Both the position numbers and the translations under genes were made by a program. 64,000 nt of DNA, taken from positions 15,872,001 to 15,936,000 of the forward strand of contig CM022665.1 in the NCBI GenBank assembly GCA_012295275.1. Reading direction: 5' to 3'. Positions 12,786 to 27,640 of this stretch are shown here, one piece after another. Position 1 is the first letter of the stretch. Each line of letters opens with the position of its first letter. The notes beneath the pieces were generated by a model. The model had not been told where the DNA came from and searched no databases. It worked only from the letters and a program-made list of their open reading frames with translations. Origin of the DNA: Chrysomallon squamiferum (Eukaryota; Animalia; Mollusca).

Positions 12786-14735
12786 TTTCGTTGGGAAAAA
12801 ATCGTAATAATTATTTAGCAAAGTGCGCTAACTTAGAAGCAGAAACATTTAATTTTAATTATCAAAACTATCAAAGACTGGTTCTGGCTAAAAATTAATT
12901 CTCTAAATCACCATGGCAGCGGTTTACAAAACATTACGTCACCAGTTGCTGATCATTAAGTAAAAATAAAGGACATAACACATATAATACAGAGACATTT
13001 TTTTTTTTTTTTTTTTTTTAAATGGAAGACAAATCTATGCCTGCTTTCCATTGTTTCATTGAACAAGAATACTTGTAATGTTTCAAACGCAACGCAGTAT
13101 GAAAAGCTAATGTAATTTAATGTAAAATGGACAAGATACTAATATAAATGTGTGTGTGTGTGTGTGCGTGCGTCGGTGTGCGTATATGTGTATACGTATG
13201 TATATATGTTTGTTTATACTGTAATAAGTAATGAAATATTTTTATTTATTGTTTTTAATACTGACACATAATACTGTTAAATAATATAAAAAGTGTATAT
13301 TTTGACTGTTATTAGTTAACCTCTGTGGTTATCAAGTTAAATGTCTTATATTTATACTACTTAATTCACAAGTAACACAGATTGAATGTCTGGAAAGAAA
13401 ATAAACATTAAATAAGAAAGAAATGGGAATTTTATTTTTAAGTTTTTCTCTACTCGGGAAGTGTGTGTGTGTGTATATATGTGTATATATATATATATAT
13501 CTTGAGAAGAGAAAATATATATACGCACACACACACATAAATAAGGAAAGAAAGAAAAAAGAGAAATAAAAAACATAAAAAAGTAACTTTAGACAGGAAA
13601 AAATATATGCTAAAATAAAAATAAAAGTAAACAAATAAAAATATGTTAAGAAAATAAATATAATAATAAAAAAGAATAATAAAATGTAATAAAATAAAAT
13701 GAAAATTAAGAAGAGAAATAATAAACACAAAGGAAAAACTGTAAAGAAATAAAAGAAGAAACAATGCATCAACAGAACAAAATGAAACAATAATAAAACA
13801 ATAATTTTCAGAAGATGAAAGAAAAAAATTAACTTTTTTAATCATGAAAGAGACAGCAAACTGTACAAACTACGTTCCACATTTTTTAATTTTTATTTTT
13901 TTTTTAACAATATAAATAAAAGGAAAATCCGCACAAAAAACTTTCGAAAAATAATGTATAATGTTAGAATAATTATAAAAATAAAAAAGTTATCTATCAT
14001 ATTTTGACAGAATCTGTATTATAAAGAAACAAAAACAAACAACAAAAACAACAAACAAGCATTTTTACAGTTCTTCCATAAATGAAGAAAAAACTCAACA
14101 AAACAAAACTACAAAAAACAAAACCCGGACATTGTGTTATAGAAAAACCGAAATGAAAATTCAGACAAGTGAAAGAGATACAGCAGATAATATGTTTTTT
14201 AATATTTGAATTAATTTATTCCAACCATACTGACAATTTTGGTGAATTACAAATTAGTTAAAACGAACAGAAAAAGAAAAAAAAAAAAAAAAAAAAAAAA
14301 AGAAAGAAAGGAAGAAAAACTAATTAAAAAAAAAAGAAAAAAAAGAGTAAAAAATGTATAGTTATGTAATTTGCAGCTATACTGAAAATTACTGCTTTAG
14401 TAATATAAATAAACATATATACACTATAGATTTGAGTGGCACGAAATTATTGGAAATATATATATATATAAATATTCATGCATGCTACATTTCTGTTATA
14501 TGACCAAATTTGCCGATTTTGCGTTTGGTATGTAAGTCTGATTGATTTATGATTTTAGCCATCTGTCTAATGAAAAAAGGAATTAATAGAAGCTGCAGGA
14601 GTAAAAACAGTTTAAAAATAAAATAAAATAAAATAAGTCAGTTGCATAGATAGTTAGTGTCAAAGAGAATGACAGAAAAGTGACACGGTTTTGGGGGGTT
14701 TTCGTTTTCTTTTGTTGGTGTCTATGTATGTTTGC

Positions 14736-14861
<126 letters not shown>

Positions 14862-16813
14862 TTATGAAAACAAAAAACCGATCTGTCATTCTAAACCCTA
14901 TCATAAAATTATAATAGAAATCAACTGATATTTAATTTTCTATTGAAATCGTAAGAAGCGTTAGCTTTCGTTAAGGCAGGACATAAACTGTAACGGGTCC
15001 ACTCATTCCCTTGCGATATGCGACACGGGTATAACGCATCCGTTTCCCTCATGGGGGGTACATGTACAGCCTCTGATACCTGAAGCGAACTCTCTGTCAT
15101 GAGCTAAGTCGCAGACACTGGTGTATATCTCATCTTTTGTAATAAGGAGATCACACGAAAAAAACAATTATCTGCGCCTGTCATAAGCTCTCTGTGGTCA
15201 CTCGACATTGTGGACCGTTTACGATGTATAAGGTTTTGACAGCGGGGTCTGTTCACCACGCGTCTCGAATGACAGCTACCACAACAGCAGTCGACAACAC
15301 CTGGGAAAAATCCCACATTTTTACCTCCAACAGATGTGTGCAAGACGTTATATATATATATATATACATATTATTATTTTACTTTCTTTTCACTTTCCTT
15401 TCAAATTTTCTTATTATTATTTTTTACATTTTATTTTATTTTATTTTATGTTATTTTTTTCGATGTTTCTGAGTTTTTGGTTATTTAAAAAAAAAAAAAA
15501 AAAGAGGATAATTTTATATGGTAACTTGATACACGTAGGGTAAAAAAATATATAAAATTAGAAACACAGAACTAGTTAGCGTTATATGCGCTTCATGGCA
15601 CCGTCAGTCGTAATATTAGCAAAAAAGAAAAGAGGAAAAAGTTATAGAATGTCTTGTTATTGCCGCTCTCTTCAAAACGGGGTGTCAGACAAGGAGCTTA
15701 CTTGACCCAGTATGTGTTTTCAGTATTTGACACTTTGACTTTGTTTGCGGACAGTAATTTTTTTTTTCTTTTTTTCTTCATTCCTATAAAAATTCGAAGC
15801 GTTAAATCTTTACATATGCGAAAACATACACACAAAAAATAAAAAGTCTTGGGGAGTAATTTCTCTTGTCAAAAGGATATCTCGTAACACCTTTGTAAAG
15901 AAATATTCTGCCTGTTATGTACTTATAGGATACGCTTTTTTTTTTTTTTTTTTTTTTTTTTTGTTTTGTTTTTTTCGGACAAATATATATCCATATGGAG
16001 TTACTTCCCTTATCACATGCTTTTCATATAGGGGTTAAAAAAAAAAACTGTTGGTATTTATAAATATTACGGTAATTCTTTGCTGGTTGTGTGGTCCCCA
16101 GTACAAAAGAACCCTACCTACATCGCGACTTTTCAATGCTTAGCTTATTTTCTCGTGCCTTGTATGTATTCTGTGCCTGTCACATGGCAGTACGTTCTGT
16201 CAGAAATCGTGTTATGCCGAACCCGGAACGGAAAAACAATTAACTATCCCCGAAAATTCATAATAATAATTTCATCCTAAACAAGTTATATTGAAAATGA
16301 TGCACGGGATTAAACCTAGTAATAATTTACTATCCAAAACACTCGTAGACATAATATATATCTCTGCGACAAGGCACTGGAGAAAATATGGAAAGACTGA
16401 GAATAGTAATTATACTACCCCCAAATTGTTTTTTTTTCCTCCTCCCCGATATCCATGATTAAACAATGCTGTGGCGGTAAAGTCAATCATTTATAAGTTT
16501 TTATTCTATTTTATCTTATTTTTTGGTTTGAGAAAATTATCATCATTAATAACAAATTATAACAACTGTAATGTTACAGAACATTTGAAAACCCCGTTTT
16601 AGTCCTTCAACTTTGTAGTCGCGACGTCATTGCGTACTTGAAGTACTGATAATTATTATTATTATTATTATTTTTTTGACTACGCTCTGTACGCAGTGAC
16701 GTCGACTACAAAAGAACGGCCGTACACAGATGTTTTAAAGTATTTTATACTTCGTTGATAAGATTTGACAAACAAAATAAAATAAAAATAAAAATAAATT
16801 AAATTAAATAAAA

Positions 16814-16845
<32 letters not shown>

Positions 16846-16999
16846 CATAAAAACCTTAGTAGTATGCATAATATATTTATGTTATTTCTTCTTACCACCA
16901 AAGTTATGGTTTAAGCATGATACTATATAATGTACTATTAAAAATATTCATATACGTATGCTTCGGCAGTGAAGACAATGCTTGAACATTAAAAGTAAT

Positions 17000-17038
<39 letters not shown>

Positions 17039-17118
17039 GTAATAAACTGTATTGGGAACGGTAGAGTTAATGTATAACTGAATATGTGTACGTGTTTATT
17101 AATATATGTATACGTACG

Positions 17119-17122
<4 letters not shown>

Positions 17123-17176
<54 letters not shown>

Positions 17177-17230
17177 TAACAACAACAACAACAACAACAA
17201 CAACAATAATAATAATAATAATAATAATAA
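17123..17230. repeat. Compound (AAT)n/(AAC)n microsatellite
   Basis: Read directly; it is the source of the poly-Asn ORF at 17106..17288. Confidence 0.95.
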
Positions 17231-18085
17231 AGACTATTTTTATATTATTATTATAGTTGTTGTTGTTGTTGTTATTAACTTCTTATAAATTTTCTTCTAA
17301 TATACATTATTATTAAAAATATTAAGGAACAAAAGTATTTCTTTAGATACTATCAACAGCGAATTATTGCTATTAGTGACAGATTTAAAATATGAAATAT
17401 TATATAAAAATATGTAAAAATACAAAATTAAATTACCATACCCCACCCACCGAAAAAAATAAATAAAATTAAAATAATAATAAACACCACTGTCATTTAA
17501 TATTTTCTAATATCTAATTTGTATATTTAGCATGAGTTTTATTAGTTAAATCTTATATGCGAAAAAGTAGAATATATAAGAATTAACTGTTTTATAGCAA
17601 AATATAGATATTTAATTGTCTGTGTCAGCATGTGTATGAGCATGTACATGCGTGTGCATGTTTGTAGGTATTTATCTATGAATGTTTGTAAGTCTGCGTT
17701 GTATTTATATTTGCATGTATTTTCTTTTATGTGTATGTAGAAATATGTTATTATTTTTGTTGTATATTTAAAATCAGCTGTTCGTTTAGTGTGTGTGTTT
17801 GTGTATGTATATGTATGTATATATATCGAAAGGTCTCAGTATATTTTCCTTTCAATCTCTCTCTCTCTCCTTCCTTTTTTCTCTGCCCGTCCGTCTTATC
17901 ATCATCTTTATTTCTCCGTTTCTCTTTCTTTTTTCCTTCCTTTCCCTCCCCCTTAATCTATTACTTCATTCTATCTTTATCAGTTTATCTCCTTCTTTCT
18001 CCTTTTCCTTGTTTATCTGCTCTTCCTACCCGCTAAAACTCTCAGTCATTCTCCTTTTTCTTATCGTTTTCTCTCCCTATAAGAC

Positions 18086-18091
<6 letters not shown>

Positions 18092-18177
<86 letters not shown>
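18092..18177. repeat. (CT)n microsatellite
   Basis: Read directly from the sequence. Confidence 0.95.
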
Positions 18178-18181
<4 letters not shown>

Positions 18182-19713
18182 ACATAATATAGCAGGGTGT
18201 CTGTTAAATGTATCCATTTCTTTTAATATGTCTTCCTAACATTATTTATGAATCAAATTACTTTTTTTGTATTATTTAATAGTCGCCATAACACCTATTG
18301 TTTCTTTTCAAATTCTCTGTTGTGCAGTTTTTTGTGTTTCTTCTTTTCTTTTGTGTCGTATACTAAATTTCCATTCTGTTGTGGTTCTAACCTGGGAACG
18401 TGTCAGAAAACATAGATTTTTGACAATCGCACTCTTTAAAAACATAAAGTCAGTGCATAAAAACGTCAACAGCATGCCACGTTTGTTCTTGCGCGGCAAA
18501 AAAACATTTTCAGTTATTGCTAGCAGCAAAAAGGCTGGCTCTTTTATGAATCATTTAGTTCGCATGAGAAATTAAATGTAAATACTCCGACCGTAAGTAC
18601 TGCCACGCCTTAATGTCTTTGGCGGTGTGTCGCGTTGTTTTTGGGGATGTTTTTTGTTTTTCTTTTCTTTTCTATGAGAATGTAAAATAGAAGGGTTGGT
18701 AGGGGTATACATTGTTCGTTTTATTTTTTGTATTTATTAATTCATTTTTTATTTTTTTATTTTGTAGGGAAGAGATATTAATAGATCGTGTATTTAGACT
18801 TGAAATCAAAAATAATTAAATAGTAGTAGTAGTAGTAGTAATAATAATAATAATAATAAATAAATAAATTGTAATCATAAGGACGATGAAGATGAAGATG
18901 ATACTATTACTACCAGTATTATTATTAATAATAAAAAAATAAAAATAAAATAAAATAACACACACACACACACACACAAAAGCCCCCGAAAAGATTAAGG
19001 ACATTTTCTAAATCGATACAAAGTGTAAATTAATTCCCGTCATTCACAGTTTCTCTTACCTTCAACTGAACCTTCTAAATAAAATCACCCGACATGTAAA
19101 GTATAGATCCTCTTTTAGCAACAAACAGTATTACGTTAAAGCATTATTGACGTCATGGGCTTTCGGAACTTTTCGCATCACTTCGGCAAACTAGGGTTTA
19201 GATCAAATTATCCGAGTATCAAAAAAAAAATTAAAATTAAAATTAAATAAATAAAGATAAAAATAAAAATAAAATTGACGAAAATCTTAGAAAGGTATGA
19301 TCAGCAATTATTCATTGGATACAAAATTTTTCCTAACGTGATCTTTAATTTACTCACGTATGCAATCTCACAGTTTACTTTATTAAATTATTACAAATAC
19401 AGTTTATAGTATCACTGACAAGCTTATGTTTAGATACAGTTAATGCATAACCTAGTATCAATAGAAAATAATATATTTATATCTAGTTACAGTCCGAAAC
19501 AGAATAAAGGTCATGCTGATATTAACAGACTACAGGCTGAAATATGATATGAAAGACTGAATACGAAGATTAGCAACAACATATCTTTTACATATTGTAA
19601 ATTCACTAAATATCAAAGGATATACTTTGATGGAACAATGGTAATATAATATATTAGAGTTACCTGTTTTTATTGCATTAGTCAGCAGGAAACATTTGTA
19701 TAAAAAAGTATAA

Positions 19714-19744
<31 letters not shown>

Positions 19745-19824
19745 AGAAGGAAAGAAAGAAAGAAAGTAAAAAGGAAAAAAGAAACTAACAGAAAAATTTA
19801 AGGATAACGATAACAACAACAATG

Positions 19825-19870
<46 letters not shown>

Positions 19871-21195
19871 TAATAATAAATAGGCTACCACAACAACAAC
19901 AAAAAAACATTACATTTGTCTAGCATTTCCCCAGTTAGTTACAGCCAAGAGCAGATACGTGGATGCGATCCCACAACCTAACAGTGATGGCTCAACTTCA
20001 GCGCCACCTAAGTCGATTTTTTTTTTTTTTTTTTTCCCAGACAAAGTAATTTTAGATTCAAGCTGGTGAGAAGCAGCGAACATAAAACCGACGTTACATC
20101 GTAATACGTGTGGTAAATATAGGCAAGCCACAATAGTGTAACAAACAGGATTCACTCCGAATTTTTAAACATCCCCTCCCAAGTCCAAAACGACCAATTT
20201 GACTGTCAGAAAATTATTATCATTCTCTCTAGTCTCATAATGTAATTTTCTGAGTGACCTCACTCGGCCAGGGGTTAGGCAGGCCGCGGTGGACGATTTT
20301 CCGGGTGAATGATTTTGGACAGAGGGAAAAGGAAAAGCCTTGAAGTCATAAGACAAGTGCGTCGTAACACGGGTACACTGAAAGAAACAGGTAACGCGTA
20401 ATGAAATAATGCTAATGGCCGTGTTCCCGTCTTTCTTTACATGCCACGCGAATCTGGTGTGAAAACAACTAGGAGTTATGAGCCTGAGGTTCTAGGATCG
20501 ATTACAGTGAACGTCACCTTTGTGAGAGGAAAAAAAAAAAAAAAAAAAAAAAGAAGAGAATTAAAGATAATACTAAATGTATATATATATATATATATTT
20601 TTATTTTTTTTTAAAGAAGGAGAAAGAAAAAAAGAAGAATCAAAGGTAAATTGTTACTTAAATAAATATAAATTGAAAGACAGACAGATAAATAAACAAA
20701 TAAAATAACACTGATGTAAAAATATGCATTAACTAAACATTTGAATAGACATAGAAAGAAAAAGTAATAATAATAATAATAAGTTTAAAAATATAAAAGT
20801 ACGAAAAAGGAAATAATCACAGCAATAAAATATTACAATAAAATTATAACACAAGAAACAGCAAGAAGTCCATTAGTGATTATAAAGCAGGTAATTACAT
20901 AAACTAGTTTAATAAAATAAATCCTGTCCAAAAATGTCTTCTGGCCTGTAAAGTCCAGGTTCAGTAATCCAGAAACTAAAACATATTTCAAGCTTTAATG
21001 ATATAAAGATGCTATTAAGAACAATTTGACCCAATACTGACTGAGACAAAGAAAAGAGAAGAAAGAAAGAAAGTAAAAAATGGGTTGTGAAACCAGATTA
21101 AAGAACGGTAATCCAAATCACTTTTACTCTTCGCATTTTCTACACACGATCCCGTTAATATGTCACTGCTGCTGTTTTTTTTTTTTTTTTTTTTT

Positions 21196-21233
<38 letters not shown>

Positions 21234-21648
21234 ATTCAAAAAACATACAAAAAAGAAACCAAAAACAACAACAACAACAACAAACACACACAAAAATAAT
21301 AAAATAAATAAATAAAACAACGTTATATCACATTCTGTATAACATTATTTTTTCGTTTTTCACTCTTGCAGTGAATTCTCATTTACATTAATCTGATTAG
21401 ACTCTATTTACTTATTGGCTTGCTGCAGTTTACAATATAAAAGTAATGTAAACCGATTACATGAAACAAATCGCTGTTCTGTATGGAAACAGGATAATAC
21501 AGAAGTCGCGTATAGATTTATATAGAACAGAATAGTAACATGAATAAATATATGAAACTCTGAACATGTTTTATTTTTAATAATAAATATAGTAATAATA
21601 ATAATAATAATAATAGTGTTAGTAGTAGTAGTAGTAATTATTATTTAT

Positions 21649-21652
<4 letters not shown>

Positions 21653-21720
<68 letters not shown>
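21653..21720. repeat. (GA)n microsatellite
   Basis: Read directly from the sequence. Confidence 0.95.
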
Positions 21721-21724
<4 letters not shown>

Positions 21725-23037
21725 TACTCATGATGATGATATATATCAAAGGTATATTTTTATATAAATTTTATTTAAAATTAAATAGATTAATAGTCTA
21801 TGTGAATATATTGGAATTGAAGCAAATGTAAAGAGAATAACATTATTTTGTGATCACGAAACAATTCAGTTTATGTAATTCATGCTGCATTAATTACAAT
21901 TCCATACATATATTTGTGATATATCATTAGTTTTAACTATATTAAATTGTGTGTTTCACTCATATATTAGGAATAAAATATGGTTTTATTTCCAGTATAT
22001 GTGATTAAAATATAAAAATTCATAACTGTATTAAATATTCATAATAATTAAAATAGTAATAGTAATAATAGTGGTATAGTGGTAGTATTATTATTATTAT
22101 TAGTAGTAGTAGTAATAATAATAATAATATTAGTAGTAGTAGTAGTGGTAGTAATGGTAGTTACAGGCAATGGCAATAGCATCAGTAGCAATAATTTTAG
22201 TATTAGCATTAACAGTAGCAATAGTTTTTGTAGTTGTTCTTTATTATTATTATTAATATTAGTAGTAGTAGTAGTAGTAATATTAGTAGTGGTAGTAGTA
22301 ATGGTAGAAGCAGCCCTGGACGTAGCAGTAATAGGTATATTAGTAGGAATAATACGTCTGTAACTATTTTTATTCAGTAATCCGATATTTATATTTTTAT
22401 TACCATCTGCATGTATGAAAATGTCCATATATTATTTTCTACGCATTCGTTTATGTATATTCATGTCAGGGCGCTTTATTTTGTACACGTTAATTCGATT
22501 TAAAATATGTATTCGATCTAGTACTTAATACTAACTTTAATTCTGCTTAAAGACATTTTCTTTGGGAAACAATCAGTCTAACCTTAATTAAAAGTCATAA
22601 GAGTTTGGAGAGCAAAAAAAAAAAAAAAAAAAAGTGTTGTTTAAAATTCGTGTAGGTTTCTTGTAAGCCGGTTCCCGAAAACTTACCCAGTGTTATGACA
22701 CAAACTAGCGACTGTTCATGTTTGCGTATTGATTAAAAACAGTCTTTTGCCGGCTTACTCCTAATTTAAGATACACCTCCGACATCGCTTTAACAAACAT
22801 TTGTCCAAGCGAAGATCGTTGTCTGTGAATGAACAGTTAGTTTTCTGGAATGTAGCACCTCCGTCCAAATCTCCCGACAGGTGTCGAGAATTTGCGAGAC
22901 TACGACCCTATGTACAGAGCCGTCCGCGCAAGAAATGTTGGCTCTTTACAGTGTTCAAAGTAAACCGCGTCAGCTTCTCGTCTTTGCGAGAAACAGCTAT
23001 CTACAAGCCAAAATAGAATGCAAATGAAACGATTAAT

Positions 23038-23070
<33 letters not shown>

Positions 23071-23872
23071 ACTACCCGATTTTGTTTAGTTTTGGTGGTA
23101 ATAAATTTAAAGGGCCCCTTATTTTGTTAATACTGTTTGGGGTAATTTATTTAATGGATAAATATAAAAATGAATTAACCCTTTCCCCTCCAAAACTGTG
23201 TCAGCACATTTTTTTTCTTTTATTATCAAACAAACAAATAATAAAACAAAATAAAACAGCAACAACAACACCAAAAAAGGAAAAAAAGAAAATACAGCAA
23301 AAAATAAACAAACACCCACAACAATAAAACAAAAACCCACAATAATAAGACAAAACAAACAAACAAACAAAAAACCCCAACAAAACAACAACCCACAAAA
23401 ATCAACCCAAAACGAATCATCCGCCCAAAAAACGACACAAAAAATAAAAAAAAAAAAATCATAACAATAAAAAACAACAATAAAGTAACAAACAACAACC
23501 AAAATTAGATTACCCTAAACTACAGTAACATCAATAACAAAACTGTGATTAAATAGTATAAAATAAAGTAAGAACAAATTTTTATGACTTAGTTTTTATG
23601 TCTGTGCGAAAATATTGTTATCTGTCTGCAGAAAGAGAGAAAAATAAGGAGACGGTAAGGAAAATAGAGATGATAGAGAGATAGACAAAGGAAAGAAATT
23701 ATTAGAACTAAAACAGAAATGCATTACTAATTTAATTACAGAAAAAAAAAAAAAAAAAAAATAAAAAATGAATATCGACATTAATTATATTTTATATGGT
23801 ATCACGAATAAATGACAAACACATATTTAATAATGTTGTAATGTTGGCAAAATACATTTTTTTTTCATAGTA

Positions 23873-23875
<3 letters not shown>

Positions 23876-23964
<89 letters not shown>

Positions 23965-23965
23965 G

Positions 23966-24010
<45 letters not shown>

Positions 24011-24022
24011 ATGTGTGTGTGT
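23876..24022. repeat. Compound (CT)n(AT)n(GT)n microsatellite
   Basis: Read directly from the sequence. Confidence 0.95.
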
Positions 24023-24999
24023 CTCTCACCCTCATACTTTCTCACTTCTCTCTCTTCCCTCTTTCTGACTTGATTGTGTGGTATATCCAATTCAAGTCAC
24101 GAAAAGGCAAAACTGTGACATTCACGTTAAAAAGAGATTGCCTTGTCAAAGTCCGTGTTTGTAGTTGAGATTGGCAAGTTGAAATTGGGATCACCTTCAT
24201 TCACTTAGTTACAGCGATTTGTTGATCTTGTGGGATGAGAAGTTGCATTCAGTTATCCCCCTTTATGAGACGACAATAAAGAAAACAGCGTCACTTCCGC
24301 TTTTGAAAGCAAGCCTAAAAGTTCTGTTGAAATAATAAGGGTGTACGATCTGCAAAATTTCCGAGGAACTGAATAAGGAAGAAACGTATTTAGTAATGGA
24401 AATCATTTATTTGTTTAATAAAAATAAGAAGGATTTAATTAAAGGTCTGGGAGAAAATTTGACCCCTTCCCTAACCCCTCTCTCTGTCTCGTTCTTCTCT
24501 CTTCTCCCTAATAATAATAATAATAATAATAGTGTTGATGATGATGATGTTGATGATTATGATGATGATGATAACAAAAGTAACAAATTATTTATTTGTT
24601 TATTTAAATATTTATTTCATCAGCTCAAAGATTATATTTTACGCTTATTAAATGAATTAGTTTTACTGTCTTATAAAGTGAGGAAAAGAAAAAGTGTTAT
24701 TTGTAATATTAATTTTTATAAAAATAAAATTTCAGTAAAAAGAAGTAAAATAATAAAGAAAAATATCACAGATAAATAAATAAATAAATAAATAAAACAA
24801 TAAAACTATTAGTAATATTAGAAAAGAAAACGAACAATATCGAAGAAAATCAAACAGAATTATATACAGAAATTATTTTATTGAATTTTTTTTTTCTCTG
24901 GACCTAAAGAATATAATTTTAATAAAAGCATTAGTAACATTTCATATTACTGCTATTATTAACATTTAGCATTTTCAAAATTTAATTTAGCCTAATGTC

Positions 25000-26070
25000 A
25001 AAATGATTGGACTGGAAGGAACAAAAATAATCATAACATAAAAAGTTAGCAGTACAACGGACATATTGAAGCAATTTAATGTATTACATGGATGGTGGGT
25101 TACTGGCAACTGTATCCTCTCATTAACGTCGCCAAACTCCTGTCCCAGGTGATGATTGCAAGAAAAGCCTTTTGTTGTTGAGAGAACTGATAGAAATTCT
25201 GTAAACATCGAATCAAGTGGCATTGCCCACACCAGTCAGGAGCCACTGTTCACCGCACTCTGCGAGAGTCACTTCATATCATAATTGGAGGTGGAACTGC
25301 CGACTGCAACTATTGAATTTCCTTAGTCCCTCTTGACCTCTGACCCAGAGATTAACCAATCAAACGGCAAAGTTCTTTTGGCCTTTCGGCTTTGACTGGA
25401 TCTCCTGCAGGGGCTACGCCTGATGACAAATTGAAGTTACAAGACATCGAGACCACGGCAGCCCTTTGCCATATGTCATCCACCCGAGACAATGGACTCC
25501 GTCTTGAGAGGAACCGGCCAGCGGTCATTCTGGACAAAGATTCCCCGAACCCATATGAAAACAATGTTTGCGTTTATTCTTAACGGCTGTAGCGGACGAC
25601 TTGTGTTAATTGGTACAAGCAGGGAGGCTATTGGCCAGTGCTGTGTTTTGATACAAAGTGACAATCGTTAATGAGCAGGCATGCAAGAGGCTAAGAACCC
25701 GGCTGCCTCGTCGTTGTTGACAACGTGCCTTTTGTGTATCGATATCCACAGCGGTAGTATTTCTTCTCGGGACTGGTCAGCTTTTTGTTGGGACAAGTGA
25801 CCCATGGTCAGTATGAAGTGTTTCGCGTGTTACAAGAAGATTGAATGTCAAAACATTTTGTTGGTCACTGCAAGTTTAATCAGTGCTGTAAGGTGTGGGT
25901 GTGTGCTGGACAAGAAGAAATGTCCTTCGGTGGATTACTGACCAAACTATTGGACATTTGATTGGTAAATTTTGTTTCTGTGATAAGACCATGTCTGTTA
26001 TAAATTCTCTAATGATAATAATAATAAAAAAGAACCTTCTCTTTGATTTGGTGAAAGAAAGATGCCACAT
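25000..26070. promoter_or_regulatory. Long complex non-coding island (~1 kb) with a DR1 element and CCAAT boxes; candidate enhancer
   Basis: TGACCT-C-TGACCC at 25334-25346, CCAATC at 25356-25361, and further ATTGG at ~25630, ~25949 and ~25961. Only short, overlapping and unrecognisable ORFs occur on either strand. Confidence 0.4.
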
Positions 26071-26096
26071 ATTTGCTTAACATAATTTTATGTTAT

Positions 26097-26252
26097 ACAT
26101 ACACACATACATACATACATACATACATACATACATACATACATACATACATACATACATACATACATACATACATACATACATACAATCATACATACAT
26201 ACATACAATCATACATACATACATACATACATACACACACATTCATACATAC
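26097..26252. repeat. (ACAT)n tetranucleotide microsatellite
   Basis: Read directly from the sequence. Confidence 0.95.
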
Positions 26253-27583
26253 AAACATATAAAATAATTAAAAATAATAAACAAAATAGGAAGATGCTGG
26301 ACTTTTGTTTTTTTGTTTTTTTTGTACGTCTGAAAGAAACGGATTGACATGTGCTATTTTTCGATTGCGGGCCTTACAAGACATTGTCATTAGACACAAA
26401 CCGAAAACAAATTTCACCAGATATCTGAACGTCTAAAGAAATTCAGCTGCTGTTGTCAAAGTTCAAATAATCATGAAACGCAGTTCTGTTGACTTGAGAC
26501 GATATTGTTGATAATATACTGCAGGGACATTAATTCATCATATGTTACAGTAATAATAAATATGACACTGAAAAGCAATGTCAGTTCTGATCTTGGTTTA
26601 AGAATAAGTATGGATCGTTAGACTATTCTTTTAATATTAATAAATAAATAAATAGTAGTAGTAGTAGTAGTGGTATAATGATAGTAAAAATGATGACAAT
26701 AATAATAATAACAATAACAACAACAGCAATAATAAATAACAATAACAACAACAACAACAACAACAACAACAATAATAATAAATAAATAAAATAAATAAAC
26801 AGATAAACAGACAGCCAGGCAGATTAATAGATAATTAAATAACAACAACAATAATAAAATAGCCAAAAATGAAAATATTAATAATAAATAAAAATAAAAG
26901 CATATTTATTATTGTCAAGGCTTTTAAATTCATATATTCTACTGAAATAAGTGGTAAGTAGTTTGGTTTTTTTTTGTCAGAATATTTAAATTTTACAAAA
27001 TTTCATGTTCTTTCTATTATTTTAATAAAAGCTAAACAATTGAAGAAAAAAAAAAAATCCCTAGCTGATTTGCATTTACAAATATTCTTTCTCCATTACT
27101 GGATAACGTAAATAATTTGCACGTAAGTGCGAAAATGATATAGCTGAAATGACACATTTTAATGCATATTTGTCACCAGTATGAAATAACTCCGCTGTTA
27201 ACGTCCAAATTAATAGTATTATTTCAAAATCTGCATTAAAAAGTCCCATAACGCTGAACATGTTGTGTTTATCGAATAGCGGTATTAACATATGTTGAAA
27301 CTAATTTTAAATTATTTCCACGATCCCCCTATTAAATACGAGTGGCATTACGGCTGTGCGAAGAGAAAGGGAAGTGTGAGAATGAGTGATATCCAAGCTG
27401 CAATAAATAAGTTAAAAATATTCATTTTATTTCGTTTCTTGCACAGCAGTTTTTGTGGAAAACGTAATCATATAAAAAAAAAAAAAAAAAAAAAAAACCG
27501 GGTTGTTTCAGAAACAGAAGCAAATTATAAAATTCTTTTCATTTCATTTATTCTATAGGTTTTTTCATTTTATCAGCATCTGC

Positions 27584-27640
<57 letters not shown>

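Noticed and set aside
20939-20960. TTCTGGCCTGTAAAGTCCAGGT, resembling miR-193
   Set aside because: The seed is mismatched and there is no complementary arm nearby.
20016-23070. Possible rule that islands have T-tracts on the left and A-tracts on the right
   Set aside because: It holds for the 20.0-20.5 kb island but is reversed at 22.6-23.0 kb and absent at 54.1-54.5 kb.
25352-25664. Overlapping 62-70 aa ORFs in the 25-kb island
   Set aside because: They are short, lie on both strands, match no family I recognise and lack convincing flanking splice sites.
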